A stretch of 64,000 nucleotides of DNA, from IMG/VR virus record IMGVR_UViG_3300050821_001994, positions 3,834 to 67,833 of that record, one strand, 5' to 3'. A model generated the notes under the pieces. The model searched no databases. It worked only from the letters and a program-made list of their open reading frames with translations, and had not been told where the DNA came from. The DNA comes from a virus. The translations under genes and the position numbers were made by a program. Of this stretch, positions 1 to 7,900 are shown one piece after another (the first letter of the stretch is position 1; each line of letters starts with the position of its first letter).

Positions 1-1
1 T

Positions 2-955
2 GACCAAGGTGCAATTAACTCGATCCTGAAGATTCTTAGCTTCGGCGTAAATCCGGTTTACCTCCGGGCAAGAGATTCTAACTCCCCGACGCAGATGATC
101 CGCACGAGCATCGGAAAGATTATTTCAGTCGATGGCGAGCCAGAGAAGGCTTATAAATTGCTCGAACAGCCCCGCGTTCCTGCGGACGTTTGGGCGGCGT
201 TGGAGAATTCTGAAGCTAACACTGAATCCACGACGGGTGCAGACCAGACTCTTGTTCAGGGTTCTTCTGCTGGCCCGAGGGCGGGCATCGGTAGAAGTGC
301 TACTGGCGCGGGTGCAATGGCTCAAGCGTCGGCTACGAGGCTCGACGGGCCCCTAGACAATTTTCTCAATCAAGTTTTCGTCCCGTTCCTATATATCCTC
401 GATGAGTTGATTTTCAAGTATGTCTCTGATGCACAAATATCCGACATTTTGGGAGAAGAGTTAGGTAAAGATTATCTCCAAGAAATTGACATGCAGGAGT
501 ACCACGACGGCAAGGTAACCTTCGAGGTTCTTGCCGGGTCCGCGATGTCCGCTCGCCGGACAATGACTCAGGCACTCACTTTGCTCACGCAGTTCATGCA
601 GAACCCCGAGTTCAACGAATACTTGGCTGACATGGGTAAGTACATAGATTGGGAAGTTATCTTCCAAATGTATTTCGAGGCTAGTGAGTGGAAGAACTCG
701 CAAGACGTGATTAAACCTCTGACACCCGAAATGGAAAAGAGACGGGCCGCTAAACTGCAACAGCAGCAACAGGGTCCGATGCAGACGCAAATGGCTTTGA
801 ATAACCAAAAGGCGGATGCCAAGTCCAAATTGGAAGAACAGCGTTCGGCGGATCGTATCAAGAACGATGTTGTGCGGTTCGCTGTTGAACACTCTGTCCG
901 TGACGAAGCAACTGAGGGGCTAGCAGGAAACGCGGGCTTCGGAGACGTTGAATAA
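2..955 (+). CDS. Portal protein, C-terminal part (5' truncated by window)
   Basis: Frame is open from nt 2; helical, Q-rich coiled C-terminus typical of P22-like portals; lies upstream of scaffold and capsid genes. Confidence 0.7.
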   Translation, partial: DQGAINSILKILSFGVNPVYLRARDSNSPTQMIRTSIGKIISVDGEPEKAYKLLEQPRVPADVWAALENSEANTESTTGADQTLVQGSSAGPRAGIGRSATGAGAMAQASATRLDGPLDNFLNQVFVPFLYILDELIFKYVSDAQISDILGEELGKDYLQEIDMQEYHDGKVTFEVLAGSAMSARRTMTQALTLLTQFMQNPEFNEYLADMGKYIDWEVIFQMYFEASEWKNSQDVIKPLTPEMEKRRAAKLQQQQQGPMQTQMALNNQKADAKSKLEEQRSADRIKNDVVRFAVEHSVRDEATEGLAGNAGFGDVE

Positions 956-1791
956 TGGCGGGCGAGCAGAGCGGTAAGGACGGAACCAAAGCCTCCGGTT
1001 TCGTGCATAGCTCGGAAAACCGCGCCCCGCGCCAGTGTGGGAATTGTATCTTCTTTTGTGAATCTGGAAAGTGTAATAACCGTTCAGTTATCGAAGACCC
1101 AGAGGTTCCTAAGAACGCTGACGGAACTGCGAAAGTAGATGCCGACGACTGCTCAGATCACTTCATGTCTCGCGGGAACGCAATTATCTACGCCCTGCGT
1201 CATGGGGAGACGGCCAATAATAAACAGAAGAAATTCCGAGGGTGGATCGACGTTCCGCTGAACGAAACAGGAAAGAGTGAGGCTAAAGAAGCCCGCGAAT
1301 TCTTGGCTGATAAAGGTATCAAACGGGTGTTCGCTTCTGATCTCGGGCGTGCGGGCGAGACTGCTAAATTAGCTCTGCCGAGTATCAAAGCCGAGAAAGA
1401 CCCCTTGATGCGTCCGTGGGATGTGGGCGTGTTCTCGGGCAAAGACCGTGAAGATACGCAAGACGACTTCAACCACTACATTGACAATCCCGATGTACGG
1501 ATTCCGGACGGCGAGAGTCTGAAAGAGTTCGCAACCCGGATGAACAAGGTCTTCAAACGATACGTAAAAGAAGGACAAGAAGACGGGCCGATCCTTCTGG
1601 TGTGGCACTCAAGCAACTGCATTCAGCTTGAGAAACAAGTTGAGGGAGAAGATGAACTCGGACGCCCGGAAGACGTAGACCGCGTATTACCCGGAGGCGT
1701 TATGGCCGTGCTGGACGAGGGCGACGGGAAGTTCAAAGTAGAGATTGTGTTCGGGGATAGTCCAGAGCAGCAAGCAGATTACGGTAGCTAA
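955..1791 (+). CDS. Histidine phosphatase (phosphoglycerate mutase family) with N-terminal Cys-rich domain
   Basis: LRHGET, SDLGRA, PDGES and VWHSS motifs; N-terminus has CGNC..C..C. Confidence 0.85.
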   Translation: MAGEQSGKDGTKASGFVHSSENRAPRQCGNCIFFCESGKCNNRSVIEDPEVPKNADGTAKVDADDCSDHFMSRGNAIIYALRHGETANNKQKKFRGWIDVPLNETGKSEAKEAREFLADKGIKRVFASDLGRAGETAKLALPSIKAEKDPLMRPWDVGVFSGKDREDTQDDFNHYIDNPDVRIPDGESLKEFATRMNKVFKRYVKEGQEDGPILLVWHSSNCIQLEKQVEGEDELGRPEDVDRVLPGGVMAVLDEGDGKFKVEIVFGDSPEQQADYGS

Positions 1792-1797
1792 GACACT

Positions 1798-2109
1798 ATG
1801 GAAAAAGCGGCATTCAAACCTCAAGACACTGAAATACAGCAACTCATGCAGATCGTATCGTTGCCCGGATACCAAGTGCTTCAACGGGTGATGATGGCAG
1901 AAGTAGACGGCTTCCAGATCGACATGATGAACGTTGATCCGACCAAGCCTAACTATGACGTTGAAGTCCGGGCAAAACATAGCATCGCTCTAGCTGCGGG
2001 CATGTTCTACCAGAGATTGCAGGAACGAGTTGCGGGTTACGCCAATCGCCTGAAAGAGAAAGACGGGCCTCCGATTCTTCCAGACCCAACCGAAGAGGTA
2101 TTCGGGTGA
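1798..2109 (+). CDS. Hypothetical protein in head module
   Basis: ORF tightly packed in operon. Confidence 0.6.
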   Translation: MEKAAFKPQDTEIQQLMQIVSLPGYQVLQRVMMAEVDGFQIDMMNVDPTKPNYDVEVRAKHSIALAAGMFYQRLQERVAGYANRLKEKDGPPILPDPTEEVFG

Positions 2110-2299
2110 GTTCGGAAACCGAACAAGAATGGAAAGGCTGGCCTCATTGGATAGAGCAAGAACTAGCTAAGACGCCCGACGACGACGTTCTGCTCGCAAT
2201 GAAGGCGATGATGGAATACCGAATCGAACCGGATTTCTCACTAGACAAAGATCAGATTCGCAGAAAAAGACACTAACTACTAACCCTAGGAAAAGACAA

Positions 2300-3217
2300 A
2301 TGTCAGAAACACCAGTTGTCCAAGAAACTACAGTTACGCCCGAGCCTCCTAAAGAGTTCGTTTTCAAATATCAGCCTGTTGATCCGGCTAACGGACAAGC
2401 CATTGGCGGCGAGCAAGTCGTTAAATACGACGGCACGCCCGAAGACCTCGGGAAGAAAATGGGGGAGAATAATTCCCGCCTGATAGTGTTGAACCGCTCC
2501 TTGAACAAGAAAGTGCGCCTCAGTTCTTCGTTCAAAGACGAGATTCCACCCGAGGCGCAACGTTTTGATCCAAGCAAGTACGAACTGAAGCCCGAACCCT
2601 TGACTGCTGAGGAAAAGATTCAACTCGCGCAGGACATGACCGATCCAGAGAAGATGGATGCTGTAGCCGACAGGCTTGTGCGGGCAAGAATCGGCGATCC
2701 TGAGATTCTACGAACACGGCTAGCTCGTGTCGAGCAGCGTATGGACCGCTCGAACGTTGATGCTGAAGCGCGTGCGTTCCTCCGTCTTCGCCCGGATTAC
2801 TATCCGCTTCAGGCGAACCTAGAAACCTTGGCCGCGTGGATTGAGAAGAACCAACTCGACCCGATCAAGGAAAACTTTGTTCTGGCATACGACACCTTGA
2901 AAGACGTGCTTGAGCCGCGTCCGGCTGCTCCGGTTTCCGTACAGCCTCCTCCGGCCCCCGTCGTTGAGACGCCCGTACAACCTGCGACTCCCGCGACCAT
3001 AAGACCTGTTAGTTCCGGGCTTACCCGCAGCGTAGCGTCAGACAGTGGCCCGGTAGCGAATCCGGGTGACGAGATTGTCTGGGGCAACTTCAAGGGCTAT
3101 GAGGCTCTGGAGCGTATGCCCGGAGATGAATACAAGAAAAAGCTTCTTCACGAAAAGGGATTCAAAGAGAAGGTTCAGGCTTTGGATAACGCTCGTCAGC
3201 AGAAGAGGGCGCAGTAA
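2300..3217 (+). CDS. Probable capsid scaffolding protein
   Basis: AGGA RBS; charged helical protein with P-rich linker; lies between portal and capsid. Confidence 0.6.
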   Translation: MSETPVVQETTVTPEPPKEFVFKYQPVDPANGQAIGGEQVVKYDGTPEDLGKKMGENNSRLIVLNRSLNKKVRLSSSFKDEIPPEAQRFDPSKYELKPEPLTAEEKIQLAQDMTDPEKMDAVADRLVRARIGDPEILRTRLARVEQRMDRSNVDAEARAFLRLRPDYYPLQANLETLAAWIEKNQLDPIKENFVLAYDTLKDVLEPRPAAPVSVQPPPAPVVETPVQPATPATIRPVSSGLTRSVASDSGPVANPGDEIVWGNFKGYEALERMPGDEYKKKLLHEKGFKEKVQALDNARQQKRAQ

Positions 3218-3374
3218 TGGCTTACACAGCTTCTCCCGGCAATATCATGTTGGGTTTGGGAATTTACATTGCCCGTAGTTCCGGCCCCTCCGTATCGGAC
3301 CCTGCGGCATTGTTTACTAATCGCTGGACTGTTGTAGTTCAGTTTGGCCCGTGGATTTGGCGAAAGATGTTCTA

Positions 3375-3788
3375 ATGATTCGCCTGTTCGAAGCCCGAGA
3401 CTTTCAGGATGTCTTTTTCCTGAATGAAATTTGCTATGAAAACCCGTGTACGGAAACCGAACTACGGGAGAAGTTATCTTCGGGCAAGGCTTGGGTTGAA
3501 GAACCTGATCCGGCTGTACAGGCAGTGATAGGCGCAGTGATAATTGTTCCCCACGAGGGAACGAATCTGATTTGGAGTATCACTGTTGCTCCTACGTTCC
3601 GAAAGAGGGGGATCGCTTGGAACCTACTCTCGGAAGCTGAGAACAACTTCCCGGAGCTTTGGCTACACACCGATCCTTCGGGGCCCGCAATCGGCCTGTA
3701 CCTCCGTCGTGGATACAAAGTAGTTCAAGAAGAACCGAACTTTTACGGACCTTCGAGGCCCGGAGTTCTGATGGTGAAAGTAAAATGA
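3375..3788 (+). CDS. GNAT (RimI-like) acetyltransferase
   Basis: VAPTFRKRGIA acetyl-CoA motif, AIGLYLRRGY, NFYG. Confidence 0.85.
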   Translation: MIRLFEARDFQDVFFLNEICYENPCTETELREKLSSGKAWVEEPDPAVQAVIGAVIIVPHEGTNLIWSITVAPTFRKRGIAWNLLSEAENNFPELWLHTDPSGPAIGLYLRRGYKVVQEEPNFYGPSRPGVLMVKVK

Positions 3789-4168
3789 GTTGGACATACG
3801 AGCAGAAGACAGGCAAGTTGAGTCACAACGGAACCTTCGTTGCTACGGGCTATGCCGGGGGAAATTGTGGCCTCAACCCCGAGGGCAAGAATTCTCCTGA
3901 GCACCAATCCGTTCCCAAGATCGGCCCGCTTCCACAAGGCAAGTACAAGTTCGGAACGCCCGTACCGCAATCTCATCTCGGGCCGTTCGCGATTCCTTTG
4001 ATTCCAGACGGCAGCAATCAGATGTTCGGACGCTCGTCATTCTACATGCACGGAGATACAACTCCTCCGGGCAATGCTAGCGAGGGTTGTATCATCATGC
4101 CGCGCAACGTACGTAACCAAGCGTCGGCTTCGCCCGACAACGATTTAGAAGTAGTTTCAGGAGAGTAG
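3785..4168 (+). CDS. Tlde1/DUF2778-like L,D-transpeptidase-fold protein
   Basis: GPLPQGKY, GRSSFYMHGD, ASEGCI (His/Cys catalytic motif); ATG overlaps upstream stop. Confidence 0.8.
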   Translation: MSWTYEQKTGKLSHNGTFVATGYAGGNCGLNPEGKNSPEHQSVPKIGPLPQGKYKFGTPVPQSHLGPFAIPLIPDGSNQMFGRSSFYMHGDTTPPGNASEGCIIMPRNVRNQASASPDNDLEVVSGE

Positions 4169-4292
4169 TCCGGAAACCGTACGCATTTTGAGTACAAACG
4201 TACTCTTTTTGCGTACATCTTGAGGTCGCAAATTGCGACTAGAGCGTGGAACCCGTTGAGGGCTTAAGGGCGGCACGTACAAAAACCGCCCA

Positions 4293-4563
4293 ACAATTTT
4301 AGTAACAAGTTTAAGTTGTGTGGGCGAGCGGCTAAAGCCTGACCCATACCTATAAAGCGGAGAGAGCAAAAAGACGGGGGTATGGCCCGAGTCTCTCGTT
4401 CGCACGAAGGTTCGAAACCTTCCGCAACTTAAAGTTCACGGGCCGAAGAAGGAACTGCATCAATCTTCGGAGCAATCTATCTGTCAAGCCTATTGGATCA
4501 ATTCCGCCCTGCATGGGGATTTACACGCCTCTAGGTAGCCCGTACAATTTTAGTAACAAGTTT
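4293..4563 (+). repeat. 20-nt direct repeat ACAATTTTAGTAACAAGTTT (4293-4312, 4544-4563)
   Basis: Exact duplicate; each copy directly precedes a structured RNA. Confidence 0.9.
4310..4433 (+). ncRNA. tRNA-like RNA with an expanded, pseudoknotted anticodon region
   Basis: Acceptor stem AGTTGTG/CGCAACT, D-arm GGC-GAGCGGCTAAA-GCC, T-arm GAAGG-TTCGAAA-CCTTC; no normal anticodon arm and no CCA. Confidence 0.65.
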
Positions 4564-4713
4564 GAAGCGTGAGCGAGGAATGATCCCCTCCGCGCTGTCT
4601 ATAAAGTAGCCGCTCGAAAGAGAGACGCGGGATGACCAAGACCTTCCCGCCCTGCCCACCGCGAAAGCGACACGGATCATTGGGACAGATAGGCGAGGGC
4701 AATATCACGCTTC
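4564..4713 (+). ncRNA. Unclassified structured RNA
   Basis: Closing stem GAAGCGTGA/TCACGCTTC; AATGATCC/GGATCATT pairing; GAAA tetraloops; no ORF. Confidence 0.55.
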
Positions 4714-4980
4714 TTTACTAACGGAGTCGAAGTCCCGGAAAAAGACGCGGCAACCTCACATTAGCCCGTCAAAGGTCCAGTAACCCGATTGTGAAACGGG
4801 CAGGATCAACTTCTTCAATTTTGACGTAAGGGCCGGATTGCCCGTAACGTCCCCAAACCGTGCGTGAGGGAATATTTCGAGATTCTCTACCTCGAAGCCC
4901 GCAAATCTATCGGATTATAGATTGCCCGCGAGCGCACAAGAGCAGCTTAGGCTGAACTTAGACTTAACAGGTGACTACCT

Positions 4981-7900
4981 ATGGGCTTTAGCCCAGCATC
5001 AAATAACCAGTCAAACCTGCCTCAGTCCACGGTTCGTTACTACGACAAAAAGTTCCGTTTGTAAATCTCGCGGAATTGTAGGCCAAGCTGAAATACCTGA
5101 TTTGGAGAACCTGAAGGCTTAATTTGGGCCTTTAGAGCAGGTAGAAATAAAACTCGGCTATATCGGTGAACCTCTGATTTGTCAACCTGACAATCATTGT
5201 GATATAATCAGACAATACCGAGGAAAGACGTTTTGAAAGAAACCAAATTTGCTTATGTGGCCGGACTCATTGACGCTGACGGAAGTTTTTCAATCAGCCG
5301 ATCCGAATCCAAAGAAGGCTACATTCACTACGACCCTCTGATAAGGATTCGATCCAAACATTTGCCGACCATGCGATGGCTGGTTGACACGTTTGGTGGC
5401 TATCACCGCCCACAAATTTTAGATGGTGAAATCTACTATCAGTGGAAATTTAGTAGCGACACACAAGCTTCGCGGTTTCTGGAGAAGATTATTCCGTATG
5501 TATGGATCAAACAGCAGCAAGGTTTGGTGCTGAAAGAATACTACGGGCTACAAGGCGTTCAAAATAAACCTTTGCGACAGTCCTTGTACGAGAAAATAAT
5601 AACTCTAAACCAGAACGAATCCGTCACGACTAATACGCCGAGATTGCCGTTTTCCGGAAAGATTCTACCCGCGTACCTCGCGGGGGTTTTCGACGGAGAA
5701 GGCAGCGCATACGTTATACGAGTGAAACAAACCTATAGTAGTGGGTTTTACTACAGGGCTTCGATTTCTCTAGGCATGTCTTATAAGCCCCTGATTATGG
5801 AGCTACAAAGACTGTATGGAGGAGCGTGGCGACAACGACCCCCGCATCGCGGGAAGTTGCCGATGTACCAGTGGGACGTACAAGACAACAAGAGCAAAGA
5901 AATCTTCTCGTTGTCCGTACTTCCATATCTGGTAACGAAGCGAGAGCAAGTCAATATTGCACTCAATTTCGCTCGTATGAACGGAAAACCCGATCCCGAA
6001 AAAAGGATCGCAATGTGGAAACGCTGCTGCGCTTTGAACGGCAATATGATAGAGCCTGAACTCGCGGGTGACCGCGAGAGCGCCTCGTTGGTGACAACTA
6101 CGGCCTAAACACTCCTGCAAACCCCCTTCGTCGCGTGCTCCGAGCGTCTCGACCTCCCGATGAAGAGTGGTAACCAGTACAACCTCTACATGTACGTCCC
6201 GCTCGCAGCGAATACTGCTCAGACCACCGAGGGTACTGTGGGCAGCGGCGTCACGGTTAGCGTTCTGAATACTTCGGCTACGATTGGCGAGTACGCAGAC
6301 TATGCTAACTTCTCCAGCCTTTCGCTCGCGACCGCAATCGACAACACTGTTGAGAACGTCGCCCGTGAAATGGCCTACCGTTTGGGCGAGTCATTGTCCG
6401 CTCTGGTCCGTGCAACTGCGGACGGCGCGAACAGCGTTGATAGCTCGGTACTGACGAAGCTCGCTGCTACGTCAACCACCAGCTTCACGACTCTCTCCCT
6501 GACCTACATCCGAAACGCTGTCCAGTCTTTGGCTGGTCGCTCGGTTCGCCCGTTCGATGATGCTAGCAAGAACTTCGCTGGCGTTATCCATTAACAGTAG
6601 GGTGGATATAAAACTTGACTATATCGGTGGATATCTGTTATAATTTGTCAATCTGACAGACAATACCGAGGTAAGGTCCAATGTTCCAAATAAGCAAGAC
6701 AAAGTGCTCGTATCTGGGCGGCTTGGTTGATGGTGAAGGCAATATCTGCATCTGGCGCACCGAAGCCCGTGCGCATGATTATAAAGTTTCAGGAAGAGTT
6801 TATCCTTCGTTTAATCTGAGACTGCATATTGCAAACACCAACGTAACTCTCATGAAATGGTTAGTCTCGAACTTCGGTGGTGTGTACCACATGAAGAAGG
6901 AAGCCACGGATCGGCACGCAGCCGCTTACGAATGGCGGCCTAAAGGCGAGGGAAACACGAAGCGTACTTTGCTCGCAATTTTACCGTACTTGGTAATCAA
7001 GCGAGAACAAGCGATTCTGGCCCTCAAATATATCGAGCTACCGCAGCAGGCTCCCGAAGCCCGTGAAGCGATCTACCAACGCATGAGACAACTAAACCAA
7101 AAAGGACCAAAAACCGTAACGACTAATACGTCAAGCTCTTTGCTACTTCCTGAGATTCCGGAAACCGTATGGGAAGCCCTCAGGGAACATGAAGAGAAGA
7201 TAGAGTCTGAACTCGGCAGTGATGCCGAGAGCGCCCCCGTAGTGATGCGGGGCTCGGGTACGGCTCAATCAGTTGAGCAACAACTTCAGCAAGCAGGACA
7301 GAGAATAGTCAACGCTTTGCTGGACGCCCGTTAAGCCTAAACACAATTACCTTTCGCCCTTGGCGACGTTCTGGCGGACAACTCGAACGACTCTCCCATC
7401 GACATCCTGAAGCGGACCCCGCAGGGTTACGCCCGTCTTGACGAAATCATCTCGACGGACCTGACCGAAGTCATCGAAATCCCGACTTCCGGCGTCAGCT
7501 TCTTCCAGTCAAACCTCGTCACCACGTCCTCGAACTACAATCCGGGAACTGGCGCTGTTACTGGTTTGACCGCTCTGCGTACCTATCAAGCCACAGCTTA
7601 GGTAGCTTTCACGGGCGACCGTGATTGAAAAACAAGGCTAATTCGGTGAACATCCGGTTTCCGGACAATACCGAGCGAAGCCCGCAAGTTATCGCGGGAA
7701 CGTGTAGAGACTATAGACCTTGCTTCCCTCGTGGAAGATGAGATAGTCCGCTCTCATGGGTAACTATGAGAGGTTGGCAGAAATGACCAACCTCAACAAC
7801 GCAAGTTGTTGATAACAAAAGGATTTTCGGTCGCGACGGCATCTTCAGCATAAACCTTGGCGCACAAGGCGACACAGGTTATGGAGATGGCGAATGGCGG

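Noticed and set aside
4314-4430. Functional decoding tRNA or tmRNA
   Set aside because: No 7-nt anticodon loop and no CCA; too short for tmRNA, has a D-stem and shows no tag ORF
4293-4563. CRISPR array
   Set aside because: Only two 20-nt copies, about 230 nt apart, with no cas genes
4943-4954. Leader CAGCTTAGGCT pairing with the mini-intron
   Set aside because: The segment folds on itself (CAGC-TTAG-GCTG), so the match is probably incidental
4922-5122. 66-aa ORF from the track as the capsid N-terminus
   Set aside because: TTG start without RBS; only its last five codons (ENLKA) fit. ATG 4981 has an RBS and encodes the YYD motif
6160-6594. Stand-alone 144-aa gene or capsid pseudogene
   Set aside because: It is most of exon 3; its stop is the first bases of intron 2, and the joined exons are intact
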